From positions 20,458-84,457 of IMG/VR virus record IMGVR_UViG_3300005253_000186: DNA of 64,000 nucleotides. One strand, 5' to 3'. A program made the position numbers and the translations under genes. Below are positions 1-9,106 of the stretch, piece after piece. Numbering within the stretch: position 1 is the stretch's first letter; each line of letters begins with the position of its first letter. Under the pieces are notes generated by a model, which was not told the origin of the DNA, made no database searches, and worked only from the letters and a program-made list of their open reading frames with translations. The DNA comes from a virus.

Positions 1-135
1 GGCGAACTCGTAGCGCCTCCCTTTTCTCTCGCCAGCGATCCACTCCATGAAGTGCAAGAGCGCCCTGTATTCGGTGTCCTGTTCGCTCAGCCTCGTGGCC
101 ATGGGGTACTTCTTAATGTCTCTAGCTGTCGCCAT
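1..135 (-). CDS. hypothetical protein (partial, runs off window)
   Basis: ATG at 135 preceded by AGGAG; open frame MATARDIKKYP... to window edge. Confidence 0.55.
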   Translation of the reverse strand, partial: MATARDIKKYPMATRLSEQDTEYRALLHFMEWIAGERKGRRYEFA

Positions 136-206
136 CTTTCAGCTCCTTTCTGATGAATTCCTTCAGGCCTTCGAACAACTTTACATCGCCAGTTTTCACG
201 TTTCCC

Positions 207-470
207 TCAACGATCTTTAATCAGCTCGCTCAGCAGGCCATGCTCTTTGAGCACCTCACAACTATCGCAGATCTTGTACACAAAATTACGATGGCCTTCG
301 GGCAGCGTGATGATGTGACCGTCACAGCCTTTGCAGTAGTAGTACATGGAGCTCCCGGCAGGCAACGAGCTGTTGTCTATTCGCTCCTCGTTCCGGTTGG
401 CGAGCTTCCTTCGGACAAACATGCGGCAGCATACCGCCAGATCAGGCATCTCGAATCTCCTCAAGTTCAA
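207..470 (-). CDS. small Cys-rich (Zn-finger-like) protein
   Basis: CCRMF, CKGC, CDSC motifs; in gene-dense minus-strand run. Confidence 0.55.
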   Translation of the reverse strand: MNLRRFEMPDLAVCCRMFVRRKLANRNEERIDNSSLPAGSSMYYYCKGCDGHIITLPEGHRNFVYKICDSCEVLKEHGLLSELIKDR

Positions 471-900
471 CCCTGACCTTCATCAGGATTCGGCCCAGGT
501 GGTTGTAGCCGGGGTAGTCACACGATGACGAACCACATGTACAGTTACCCCAGAAGTTGTCGTGCCACCGGTTAGTTTCAACTATCTCGGCGTCTTCGGT
601 AGCCAATAGCTTTCTCGTGAGGGATGAGTTTCCGGCGAACTTGGAGTGGACGATCCTGTCCATGATGCCGAGCTTGACCTGGTCCCAATCGTTCCGCAAG
701 GTGATCTTCTTGCCGACCTTCTTGGATGCGCCTGGCGTCAGGCATAGCTGGATCATGGTCTTCTCGTCCTTGTCATGCGTCTTGGCCGCTTGGTACGCAT
801 GCTCAGAGGTTTCCCACGTGACGCCGTCGTATTTGACCCGGTGGCCCGAGAAATTGGACAGGAAGTTGTACTTTCCCCTGAAGTTCTCAATGGTATCCAT
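442..900 (-). CDS. NADAR (YbiA-like) family protein
   Basis: FLSNFS, TSEHAYQAAK, WDQVKLGIM, DNFWG, GYNHLGRILMKVR motifs typical of NADAR. Confidence 0.9.
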   Translation of the reverse strand: MDTIENFRGKYNFLSNFSGHRVKYDGVTWETSEHAYQAAKTHDKDEKTMIQLCLTPGASKKVGKKITLRNDWDQVKLGIMDRIVHSKFAGNSSLTRKLLATEDAEIVETNRWHDNFWGNCTCGSSSCDYPGYNHLGRILMKVRVELEEIRDA

Positions 901-911
901 CTTTCTATCCC

Positions 912-1322
912 TCAGATCGTGTAGGCGGTTGAATAGAACTCCGTGGGCTTCTTGGTCTTGACTCTGATCACGTCGAAGAGCTTGCTCATGATGTTGAGCT
1001 CTGGAAGGAGATTGCTCATTTCTTCGCTGTAATAGATCTGACGTGTGATGATGATGCCTTCTTTCTCGTTTCCGTAATACTCGTCGGAATCACACGCCCA
1101 GCAGTAGTTGAAGACGACTTCTTCAATCAAGATTTGCCCTTGACAGCGTTCGGGAAGGGGGCCGCCCTTGGTATTGAAGGTTATTATCCCTTCCATCTCG
1201 CCAGGTGTGACGATGATACCAGAGGCCTTCAATTCATCTTTTACCCTAGAAATCCAGTCCTTGGCGTACTCCTCGTCGCACTGGATCTCGATGTTGAAAC
1301 AGGGCCCTATGCCCATTATCAT
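912..1322 (-). CDS. hypothetical protein
   Basis: ORF track, coupled to neighbours. Confidence 0.6.
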   Translation of the reverse strand: MIMGIGPCFNIEIQCDEEYAKDWISRVKDELKASGIIVTPGEMEGIITFNTKGGPLPERCQGQILIEEVVFNYCWACDSDEYYGNEKEGIIITRQIYYSEEMSNLLPELNIMSKLFDVIRVKTKKPTEFYSTAYTI

Positions 1323-1984
1323 ACCCTCCTTAGGTTCAGCGTCGGTCTCGAATCGTACCCCTCGATCTTCAGCTCAAGATTGGAAATTTCCTTTCCCGAC
1401 AAGAACATAGAGATGACCCTCGTGGCCTCGGCAGGGCGGCCATTAAACAAGAAACTCATGCTGACCCTGGTCTTCTCGGGTTCCATCTCGGAGGCATCGT
1501 CATTATCATCCTTCTTTGCCATCGGAAACTCCTTGTCAATCGATCTCTTCGCGCCATCCAGAGAGTCCCATGCGCGGACATTTTTGCGCGTCTTTGTCCT
1601 GAGAGAGGTCCAGTTATCCTTCTTCCCGCCGACGTTCTCCTTGGCGTAGAATTTCTTTACCTTCGCCGCTCCGCATCGCTGAATGATGAAGCGATCATCG
1701 GATCGTATCCAGGTTAGTTTTAGAAAAGCATCTTCTTTCCAGTGGTCTTCCTGTCCCATCGGAAACTCCTTGTCGATTGCCTTCATGGCGTTGTGATGGG
1801 TCATCCATCTCCGCCGGACGCCAGGCTGCCCTTTCACGTCTAGGCTTGCCATCGGAGTATTTCCCTTAATTCTCCTCCTGGCTTTAGCCACCTTTAGGTC
1901 GCCACCCGTGTCTACCCATTCGACGAAGAATTCTTTATCCTTCCTTATCCATCCGCCGATGATCGGTTTCCAGTCAGCCTTCAT
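1319..1984 (-). CDS. hypothetical protein with internal duplication
   Basis: WIRxDxxF...RxW...A(M/K)xxIDKEFPM occurs twice. Confidence 0.65.
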   Translation of the reverse strand: MKADWKPIIGGWIRKDKEFFVEWVDTGGDLKVAKARRRIKGNTPMASLDVKGQPGVRRRWMTHHNAMKAIDKEFPMGQEDHWKEDAFLKLTWIRSDDRFIIQRCGAAKVKKFYAKENVGGKKDNWTSLRTKTRKNVRAWDSLDGAKRSIDKEFPMAKKDDNDDASEMEPEKTRVSMSFLFNGRPAEATRVISMFLSGKEISNLELKIEGYDSRPTLNLRRV

Positions 1985-2349
1985 CGCGCCCTCCTAGTTT
2001 GCTCCACGAGCTCGTCTCGGCACTGCCGGCAGAGGCGCCACTCAAGAGATTGTCCGAGGTGAATGACCCAAACGTACCGGACCCTTCGGCTACAGCCATT
2101 GCACCCGCCTGCTTGAATGGCGTCGGACTCGATTGCGACCATCCGGCGCCCTTCCTCGTCTGCACCAGGACGGATTGGGCCGGCCGTCTCGTTCCATGAC
2201 TCGATCGCTCCCTCCTTGGTCTTGCGGGACGGCCCATGCGCCCAGCAATCACGGCACCACACCTGGTACTCATTCTTGCCCTCGAGGTTGGTACAGGCCA
2301 CAGATATATCTCCGCCACCAGGACAATGCGGACACAGTTCGATCTTCAT
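1981..2349 (-). CDS. Lar-like restriction alleviation Zn-finger protein
   Basis: LCPHCPGG...VWCRDCWAHGP...EGAIESWN pattern of Lar family. Confidence 0.7.
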   Translation of the reverse strand: MKIELCPHCPGGGDISVACTNLEGKNEYQVWCRDCWAHGPSRKTKEGAIESWNETAGPIRPGADEEGRRMVAIESDAIQAGGCNGCSRRVRYVWVIHLGQSLEWRLCRQCRDELVEQTRRAR

Positions 2350-2999
2350 TTCTTCCTCCTTGGAGACTTTTTGGCGGCTTTACGCAAGCTGTCAGCGTAG
2401 AGCTGGCTGTCCATCGGAATCATGGCGCCCAGTTTCAGTTCCCTCATCCTTTCATATACCTCAATAGAGTGACCATCGAGATGCTTAGGTGAGATGTGGG
2501 CGACGTAGTGAAGCTCCATCGGAGTCATGTGCGTGCAGATGCGAGAATCATCAAACAGTTCAGAGAGGAATAGAGGAAGCCACGGAGTTTCCCAGTCCAA
2601 GAATATAAGCTTTTCGTTCTCCCTTTTGGGCTGTTCGATTTTGAATATGGGATCTTCCAGCATCTTCCAACTGCCTTCATCGTACTCGTCTGAATCCGCC
2701 GGTCCGCTCCACATATGCGGCTTCTTATCTTCAAAGACCCACCGAGTCGGATCAAAGATTGTGCCCTTGTACTCGACCCAGCCATGCCGATGGAACAAGA
2801 TATTGGGGCGCTCCACGTTGGAACCGTGGTATTTGCCGTAAACGGCTCTTGCGCCATTGCCGATCATCTTCGCCATAAGTACGGATACAACGTAGCACTT
2901 TCCCATCATAGTGGCGTAGACCTGCCTCCTCTTTGGAATATTTCTCTTCTCGCAGTACTCGGTGAGCACCTCTCTAAGGGTTGGGATCTTTACTGGCAC
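2346..2999 (-). CDS. hypothetical protein, possible transglutaminase/papain-like fold
   Basis: GKCY...HGWVEY...IFDPT spacing suggests a Cys-His-Asp triad. Confidence 0.5.
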   Translation of the reverse strand: MPVKIPTLREVLTEYCEKRNIPKRRQVYATMMGKCYVVSVLMAKMIGNGARAVYGKYHGSNVERPNILFHRHGWVEYKGTIFDPTRWVFEDKKPHMWSGPADSDEYDEGSWKMLEDPIFKIEQPKRENEKLIFLDWETPWLPLFLSELFDDSRICTHMTPMELHYVAHISPKHLDGHSIEVYERMRELKLGAMIPMDSQLYADSLRKAAKKSPRRKK

Positions 3000-3186
3000 G
3001 TTCTTCCTCCCTTTTCTTCATCTCCATCTCGGCCAGAGCATTGCCGAGCGACCACGCCTGCTTGGCGATCTTCTTCTCTGGCTCTGCGTAGTTGATGTAC
3101 GGACTCTTGTCCCCCAGGGTTCCGGTGATGATTGCCTTGATGAACTCAACCCGCATCTGCCTCTTGGTCAAATCTTCGTGCGCCAT
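2974..3186 (-). CDS. hypothetical protein
   Basis: ORF with GGAG RBS. Confidence 0.55.
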   Translation of the reverse strand: MAHEDLTKRQMRVEFIKAIITGTLGDKSPYINYAEPEKKIAKQAWSLGNALAEMEMKKREEERASKDPNP

Positions 3187-3243
3187 GATCTCTCCATGTA
3201 AAAAGACGGGCCGTGATTAAGCCCGCCTAAGGAACTTGTCCGA

Positions 3244-3666
3244 TCAGCCATCCAGGACCGCAGGAGAACGTACATTCATGCCCTTCCTGCGCCTCTCCAT
3301 GTACCCATTTTGGCACGAATGGCATCTCGTTGGAAAATTCAGGAGCTTCCTGTCGAACCACTCCATATATTCTGGATATTCCGGTTCTGGCGGCAGTAGG
3401 CCCCCACATTCTTTGCAGGGCAGAGACCCGACAAATTTCGCGATCAGCTTCCTGACTCTCACCTGTAGCCTCCGGACCTTGTAATTTCCCATCCGGTATA
3501 TGGTCGAGCGGGATACCCCAATCCTCTCAGCCATGGAGATCGCGTTGACTCCACTGTCTTCCCGATACTTCTTGATCAGTTGACACAAATACCATACATG
3601 ATTCGAGACTTGCTTCTCTCCGCTTTCTTTCGCACTTCTCCTGTATCGATCATATTTCGTTTTCAT
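3244..3666 (-). CDS. HTH plus Zn-ribbon regulator
   Basis: ISMAERIGVSRSTIYRM HTH; CKEC...FPTRCHSC; start reassigned to ATG 3666 with AGGAG. Confidence 0.7.
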   Translation of the reverse strand: MKTKYDRYRRSAKESGEKQVSNHVWYLCQLIKKYREDSGVNAISMAERIGVSRSTIYRMGNYKVRRLQVRVRKLIAKFVGSLPCKECGGLLPPEPEYPEYMEWFDRKLLNFPTRCHSCQNGYMERRRKGMNVRSPAVLDG

Positions 3667-3689
3667 GATGATCTCCTGGACTATAGGAA

Positions 3690-3890
3690 CTGACAGGCGG
3701 CCGGATTCCACCACCCGGACCGAAGAGGGCTTACAGGTGCAATGGTCGACAGACCGCCCATGCCCCATCTACCAACGCCACATCCTCCACCTGGGGTGGT
3801 GTGGACTTGGGCCAGCTTTCGCTGGACGCCAGAGGTCCACCCCGTGATTCCCCATGCCCAACCTACGCGCTGCCGCGCCGCGCCTGTCAG
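3690..3890 (-). ncRNA. putative ~200-nt structured intergenic RNA
   Basis: 10-bp terminal inverted repeat CTGACAGGCG/CGCCTGTCAG closes the whole intergenic gap; internal hairpins. Confidence 0.35.
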
Positions 3891-3896
3891 TGCCTG

Positions 3897-4274
3897 TCAG
3901 TCCACTTCAATGGTGATGCTCATCCTTCCGAATGACAGTTTGAGCGGCGGAGTGGTCGAGCTGCCCGTGTCCAGACCCAGGGCCTCCTCGACCTCTCTCA
4001 TGTTGGGCAACTCCACGGGCTCCGGCGATCTTGCCTGTCGGCGGACCGGCTTCCTGGGCGCACTGCTGCCGTTGCCGCCGAGCAACTTGAGTAGCTTCTT
4101 GTGCGTCCTGTCATGGAGGCGCTTCGACTTGTTCTTTTCCAGATTGACGATGACTCCGCCAGAGATGCCCATCTTCTCTGACAGTTCATTGACGCTCATG
4201 CCCTTGTTCTCGCGGAGCTTCCTTAGGCGAACGCCTATGTCCCGAAGTTCCGACTTGACTGATGTTCCCTTCAT
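3897..4274 (-). CDS. XRE-family HTH transcriptional regulator
   Basis: IGVRLRKLRENKGMSVNELSEKMGISGGVIVNLEK. Confidence 0.85.
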   Translation of the reverse strand: MKGTSVKSELRDIGVRLRKLRENKGMSVNELSEKMGISGGVIVNLEKNKSKRLHDRTHKKLLKLLGGNGSSAPRKPVRRQARSPEPVELPNMREVEEALGLDTGSSTTPPLKLSFGRMSITIEVD

Positions 4275-4321
4275 GGTTCTTCCCTCCTGGTGGGTGAGAA
4301 ATACGAAACAACTCTAGTCTT

Positions 4322-4329
4322 CTTATACC
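4322..4329 (-). promoter_or_regulatory. GGTATAAG phage promoter-like motif (one of 16 copies)
   Basis: same octamer at 5310, 6261, 8943, 9558, 11677, 17293, 20078, 21304, 25455, 27743, 31171, 40510, 42897, 45511, 48100, all minus strand and mostly just upstream of genes. Confidence 0.7.
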
Positions 4330-4462
4330 GTAAAGCTAAAAGGGAGAGGCAGACGACCCTCTCCCCCAGCCGGCTAAGCCGACTTCTTAAAGAAGCGGGA
4401 GGGGCGTATGCACGGCTGCCGGCCCCAGGTGGTCGGCAGAAATGATCGCCTCCCCCCGCCCT

Positions 4463-5044
4463 TTACGTTCTGCGGTTAGGCGTCACGATGTGATGCTTTT
4501 TGATGGTTGCCCTTAAGGCAGACATGTGCCGATAGACGGCCAGGAAGTACAGCTTGGATTCCTGGAACGCTCTCTGCTTCACGAGCTTGGCCATCCTGTT
4601 GCCCTCGAACATCGCGGGCTTGGTCCTGCGGAGGATGGTCATGATGGCCCTGTAGTTCGACAGGCACCATCTGTAGAGTTCGTGAAACGTCGGGTTCAGC
4701 GTGTAACAGCGTTTCTCCCAAACCCAGACGATCACGAAGTTTCGATCTCGGAGATCGGCCATGGCGGGGCCATAGATCTCGTTATGGTACCCCTCCTTCT
4801 TGACGGCCCTTCTGAGATCGTCAGGATGGACGTACCGCTTCTTCCTCAGTGCTTTGAGGACAACATCACTCAGGGCCGTCTGCTGACTCCCTGGTGGCGA
4901 CGACTTCTTCCTGGCTTTCCCGGGAGTCGCCTTTTTGTTCGTTCTTACGTGCCTGAGACTCTTCCCCTTCTTTTTAGACTTCGGCGGGGTCTTCTTCGTA
5001 GTACGTGTTGACGGCCTGCTCCTTGCTGCTTTCGTCTTCGCCAA
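4463..5044 (-). CDS. basic protein, Lys/Arg-rich N-terminus, possible winged helix
   Basis: ORF track; composition. Confidence 0.6.
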   Translation of the reverse strand: MAKTKAARSRPSTRTTKKTPPKSKKKGKSLRHVRTNKKATPGKARKKSSPPGSQQTALSDVVLKALRKKRYVHPDDLRRAVKKEGYHNEIYGPAMADLRDRNFVIVWVWEKRCYTLNPTFHELYRWCLSNYRAIMTILRRTKPAMFEGNRMAKLVKQRAFQESKLYFLAVYRHMSALRATIKKHHIVTPNRRT

Positions 5045-5285
5045 TTGAAACTACCTCCTCTTTCTCGGTTCCCTGTGGATCTTCCTGGTCCACCCTGGGC
5101 GCGCCTGGCCCCTGCCTGAGATCATCGTCCTCGATGGCCCGTCTCAGCTTGGTGTTTAAGAGATCCACCATGATCCCCTGCATGCCCTTGTCCTGACACT
5201 GAGTACGGAATACAATATCATCATCGTGTTCATGTAGACGGATGCGACACTCCACGTCTCCGTTGACCTCGAACCATATACGCAT
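4974..5285 (-). CDS. hypothetical protein
   Basis: AGGAGG RBS, downstream of GGTATAAG motif. Confidence 0.65.
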   Translation of the reverse strand: MRIWFEVNGDVECRIRLHEHDDDIVFRTQCQDKGMQGIMVDLLNTKLRRAIEDDDLRQGPGAPRVDQEDPQGTEKEEVVSIGEDESSKEQAVNTYYEEDPAEV

Positions 5286-5326
5286 GCATACACCTCCTTT
5301 TCGGCTGATCTTATACCAGCTATTTT

Positions 5327-5902
5327 CTATCGGTTTCGCCTCGCAGCATTCCTGGCTTTACCGATACCTTTTCCCGTAAGGGCGTACTTCTCCCCAGACT
5401 TCTTGAGCTCCCCGCTCGCCACCATGGAATCCAGGATGAAGGCCAGATTCCCGCTCTTCTTATCCATCCACGGGTCAATGTCCATGGCAGAATCAGACCC
5501 TCGGCCGCACCAGATCCCCGCGGCGCGGATACGCCTGGCGATCTTGCGGACCCTGTCTCGCTCGTATCCAGTGAACTTCGTGATTCGGTCGGCGTTAGGG
5601 CCTACGGACATGCACGACAAAAGAACGACAGCGGACTGGAAGAAATACTGATCATCCTGAGACTTGCATTCAAGTACTTCTTCGACGATCCTTTTTACTT
5701 CTTCCAGGTCTGGATGAAGGCATGAGCTCTTCGTCGACCTCTTTGGCGAGTCTAGCCTCGTAGTAGTCTTCGGGTTCGTCGGTGTGAACCCAAGCCTCTC
5801 CCTCTGGTTCTTCCTTGGCCTGGCCGAGATCAGGCTCGTTGACCGGAATGGAATCGGAGCTGGTATCGCTGATAATGAATGCCAGTGCTGCGTCTTCGCC
5901 AT
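5327..5902 (-). CDS. hypothetical protein (start uncertain; overlaps next ORF)
   Basis: C-terminal ~130 aa look protein-like; N-terminal part overlaps 5670..6254. Confidence 0.4.
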   Translation of the reverse strand: MAKTQHWHSLSAIPAPIPFRSTSLISARPRKNQRERLGFTPTNPKTTTRLDSPKRSTKSSCLHPDLEEVKRIVEEVLECKSQDDQYFFQSAVVLLSCMSVGPNADRITKFTGYERDRVRKIARRIRAAGIWCGRGSDSAMDIDPWMDKKSGNLAFILDSMVASGELKKSGEKYALTGKGIGKARNAARRNR

Positions 5903-6254
5903 AGTTCTGCTCCACTTGTTCAGCCTGAACCACGGACCGTCGGATCGCGATCTCCTCAGGCTCCTTTGCCAATTTCCTGATCGCCCGGGCTGTCTCGTCG
6001 GACGACCGGTCTTCGCACATCATTGCACAGACCTCGAAAGCCTCTCGCAGACTCTTTCCTTCATGAATGCACGCTGCGCACACGAAGTCCGGGGCCCAGT
6101 CCACGATGCCCAGCCCTATGGCGTTTTCTACGAAGTGCCCGCACGGCAACTTCGGCCTTTCCTCCATTTCCTTCTTCAAGATGTTGCGGTCCTCCGTGGT
6201 TAAAGTAGATTTGATAAACATGAGATACTCCCTGGTGGCATGGTTTATGTTCAT
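5670..6254 (-). CDS. hypothetical protein with Cys/His motif and acidic tail
   Basis: LPCGH...CAAC; starts just after GGTATAAG motif. Confidence 0.6.
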   Translation of the reverse strand: MNINHATREYLMFIKSTLTTEDRNILKKEMEERPKLPCGHFVENAIGLGIVDWAPDFVCAACIHEGKSLREAFEVCAMMCEDRSSDETARAIRKLAKEPEEIAIRRSVVQAEQVEQNYGEDAALAFIISDTSSDSIPVNEPDLGQAKEEPEGEAWVHTDEPEDYYEARLAKEVDEELMPSSRPGRSKKDRRRST

Positions 6255-6272
6255 ATTTTTCTTATACCTGAA

Positions 6273-7142
6273 TCAATAGCCAGCGAGGAACTTCTCGAAG
6301 TTTTGCCTAAAGATCGCATCCGCCACGCAGATCACAGGGTGGAACCCGTTCCTTGTTCTGGACCATAGGTGTCTGCGACCAGCATCCCGGTAGTAGGAAT
6401 CGGTATGGCAGATGTTTAAGGTGATGCTGCCACTGTTGCCGTTAACCGAACGATTCAGGTGCAGGTGACACAGGGTGATCTTGCCTCTCTTGGTCTTTTT
6501 CGACTTCTCGATCACCACATTCCGCACAATGTATGTCCTATCAAAGCCCCCTTCCTCCGCGAGGATAATGGTTTCTCCTCTGAAGCTCCTAATGAAGTTC
6601 ACGGTCTGATTGCCGCGGAGCCTGACAAACTGCCTGCGCAGGAAGTGATACATAACCAGGTTGCTGACCATGATGGACAGATTGAACCCGCCCTGCGACT
6701 CGCATGTTCTCACGTATGCGGTTGCAAGTTTACTGGTGTCGTTGTCTAAGAACGCATCCCCCATATTGGCTTCTATGGCGAAGTACCCCGCCCTGGTTCT
6801 GTCTGAATTGGGGATGTGTGTAAATCCAGGCCTCTCCATAACCACTGAGATCTTATCCGAGACGACGCTGCAATTGGCCTTGGGGCTCACCCCGTATATT
6901 CTCGGGGTCTGCGCGTCGTTCCGGACCATGTAGTCGATCACCTCTACGAAGTTGTCGATCTCCCTGCGAACCCCCTCGACGTAGACTCTCTTCCGCATGA
7001 TTTCTTTGGTGTACTTAACCTTCGCCCTCATGATGAGGTCAGTGGCTTCCCTCTGGGTCTGCTCGATCTCCTCCTTGAGATGCCTGATCGTCTGCTTGAA
7101 ATCCGTCGCCAACGCCTTCAGGAGGCGCTTTTCTGTCCACAT
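6273..7142 (-). CDS. hypothetical protein
   Basis: long ORF; start reassigned to MWTEK with GGAAGGGG RBS. Confidence 0.65.
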   Translation of the reverse strand: MWTEKRLLKALATDFKQTIRHLKEEIEQTQREATDLIMRAKVKYTKEIMRKRVYVEGVRREIDNFVEVIDYMVRNDAQTPRIYGVSPKANCSVVSDKISVVMERPGFTHIPNSDRTRAGYFAIEANMGDAFLDNDTSKLATAYVRTCESQGGFNLSIMVSNLVMYHFLRRQFVRLRGNQTVNFIRSFRGETIILAEEGGFDRTYIVRNVVIEKSKKTKRGKITLCHLHLNRSVNGNSGSITLNICHTDSYYRDAGRRHLWSRTRNGFHPVICVADAIFRQNFEKFLAGY

Positions 7143-7164
7143 CTGTGCCCCCTTCCTTCCGGAT

Positions 7165-7527
7165 TCACGGGTAATATGGGTCTCTCTTGTAGCCGCTCTT
7201 TCGCCTCTTGACAGGTGCGCCAGAAAGACTATTTGTATGAACCCAAATGGCATACCAGCTCTGCTTATAGAATTTGTAACCGGACTTGAACGATCGCAGA
7301 TAGTTTCGAATTGTTTTTCGCTTACGGAAGTCCCTCTCGTGGGCCTCCATGATCGTATGTTCATTATTCACCGCGATTCGGCCGAGTGTCCACACTGGGC
7401 GACTTACCCCCTGACACAACGTCCAGATCCGACCTTGAAATACAACTTCATCGCCAAGGTTGTAATCAGGTATCCATCGAAGGGAGACCCACACCATGAA
7501 CAGCCACCATTTTATTTTGATCATCAT
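7165..7527 (-). CDS. hypothetical protein
   Basis: AGGAG RBS. Confidence 0.6.
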   Translation of the reverse strand: MMIKIKWWLFMVWVSLRWIPDYNLGDEVVFQGRIWTLCQGVSRPVWTLGRIAVNNEHTIMEAHERDFRKRKTIRNYLRSFKSGYKFYKQSWYAIWVHTNSLSGAPVKRRKSGYKRDPYYP

Positions 7528-7561
7528 TTCTCCTTTCGGCTAAAAAGAGCCCGAAGGCCCT

Positions 7562-7786
7562 TTATTTCCTCATCTTCCTGGCCTCGTACATGTTCTTCGG
7601 AGCCTTATCTGGATGGAAGATGTTCATGAAGGCCATGAGCTCTTTGTCCTTCCGCTCTTCCTGTTCCGGGCCGTCATACGGGTCCGGTACGCCGAATAGC
7701 TGATCCTGAAGCATAGCGACGCCACGAACCTTCTGGATCAGCTCGTCACCGTCCCGCTCCTTCCGTTTCTTCCTTTTCTTTGCCAT
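7562..7786 (-). CDS. hypothetical protein
   Basis: RBS; flanked by terminator hairpins. Confidence 0.6.
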   Translation of the reverse strand: MAKKRKKRKERDGDELIQKVRGVAMLQDQLFGVPDPYDGPEQEERKDKELMAFMNIFHPDKAPKNMYEARKMRK

Positions 7787-7832
7787 GATTTGTCTCCGGA
7801 TAAAAAAGGAGCCGAAGCTCCAATTTTGGTTG

Positions 7833-8078
7833 TTAGATTTCCAGCATTGCGTCTAAGAGAGTATCGGCGTCGTTCTTCTCTCCTTGTGTTGCCCTCTTCG
7901 CACCGCGCTGTTCGAGGTCCTCGAAGATCTCGCAGGCGATCCGCATGGACCTCAGGTTAACGCGGCGCGGGTAACACGGGTTGCCGCTGTTGCGCTTCAG
8001 GTGCTCATTAACGACTTCCCTGGCCTTCTTCGCCAACGCGATTGTGTCCGAACTGATGCGTCCGAAGAATCCGGTCAT
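7833..8078 (-). CDS. hypothetical protein
   Basis: RBS; terminator at 7801-7821. Confidence 0.6.
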   Translation of the reverse strand: MTGFFGRISSDTIALAKKAREVVNEHLKRNSGNPCYPRRVNLRSMRIACEIFEDLEQRGAKRATQGEKNDADTLLDAMLEI

Positions 8079-8094
8079 GACGCGCTCCTTTCCC

Positions 8095-8313
8095 TTAGAG
8101 ATGATTCAGGATGAAGCGGGCGTGCTCCCCGCGCCACCTGACAACCTTTTTGAGAGGGGCCATCGGGAGATTTGTGAAGTTGGTCTTGATATACTCAAGC
8201 TCATCTCCATCTGCCTGGATCTCATCGACCTGCTCCAGGTTCACACCTGGACGGCCCTCCCTCACGTGCCATTCAAAGATCTTGTCCGAGCGTATGAATT
8301 TGATACATAGCAT
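8095..8313 (-). CDS. hypothetical protein
   Basis: start reassigned to MLCIKF with AGGAGG. Confidence 0.6.
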   Translation of the reverse strand: MLCIKFIRSDKIFEWHVREGRPGVNLEQVDEIQADGDELEYIKTNFTNLPMAPLKKVVRWRGEHARFILNHL

Positions 8314-8327
8314 GGCTTTCCTCCTTC

Positions 8328-8627
8328 TCATTTGATATGGACTTGCACCTTGAGTTCGATCTCGGCTAGCGCGGTCGACCTGAATGCAACGAACTTGTTG
8401 TTGCTGTTGCTGTTGCTGTTGCCAAGAGAGAGTCTCGTGATCTCCTTCTTCCACTCTTCTTGATCCTCGGTGACGAGGTACTGGATATATGGATCGTCAT
8501 GAGCTGCGTACCCATGGCCAGGATTTTCCTTGGACCTCTCGTCAGCAGGGATGTGCCTGCTCCTGAACTTCAGGATTGCGTAGTGCGAACCCTTGGGCAT
8601 GTCTTCCGGATTCAGTACCGTTTTCAT
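8328..8627 (-). CDS. hypothetical protein
   Basis: start reassigned to MKTVLNP with AGGAGG. Confidence 0.6.
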   Translation of the reverse strand: MKTVLNPEDMPKGSHYAILKFRSRHIPADERSKENPGHGYAAHDDPYIQYLVTEDQEEWKKEITRLSLGNSNSNSNNKFVAFRSTALAEIELKVQVHIK

Positions 8628-8908
8628 GGTGCACCTCCTTTTTTCAGGTAAGCCTTCATGGTTATGGCGATGCCGGACGTGAAGCCGGCTATCCAGACAT
8701 GCGCGCCTTCTATATTGGTTTCTGGAGTCCACTCGTCCTGATCCCCTATCTTGAAGCTGTATCTGACGCCAACCTTCTTCAAGGTGATCCTAGGAAGCCT
8801 TGCTGCGACCATGACAACGTTGGCCCCAGAAATATATTCTTCCAGCGTCCTGGATTTGGGGTCTCCAGGGAACAGGGACCCGATCATCTCATCCATGAAG
8901 TCGCTCAT
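8624..8908 (-). CDS. hypothetical protein
   Basis: GGAGG RBS downstream of GGTATAAG motif at 8943. Confidence 0.6.
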   Translation of the reverse strand: MSDFMDEMIGSLFPGDPKSRTLEEYISGANVVMVAARLPRITLKKVGVRYSFKIGDQDEWTPETNIEGAHVWIAGFTSGIAITMKAYLKKGGAP

Positions 8909-9009
8909 GTGGCCTCCGATCTAAGATAATGTCTTCACTCTTCTTATACCTAAAAAAGAGGGCCGAGACCTCCGAAGAAGTCCCGGCCTGAACATAACTG
9001 TAGAAGAAA

Positions 9010-9101
9010 TGGCAGAGGACAAGAGAATCGAACTCTCAGACCGTATTTCAGGCCAATTGCTTAGCAAGCAATCCCAGCGAACCAGTATCTGGCTATCCTC
9101 T
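9010..9101 (-). tRNA. tRNA-Ser(GCT)
   Basis: cloverleaf, long variable arm, TTCGA T-loop, encoded CCA. Confidence 0.9.
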
Positions 9102-9106
9102 CTTCA

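Noticed and set aside
8395-8422. Poly-Gln protein (8095..8454 ORF)
   Set aside because: The CAGCAA repeat is read as NSNSNSNN in the RBS-supported 8328-8627 gene; the poly-Q frame is an upstream extension of 8095-8313.
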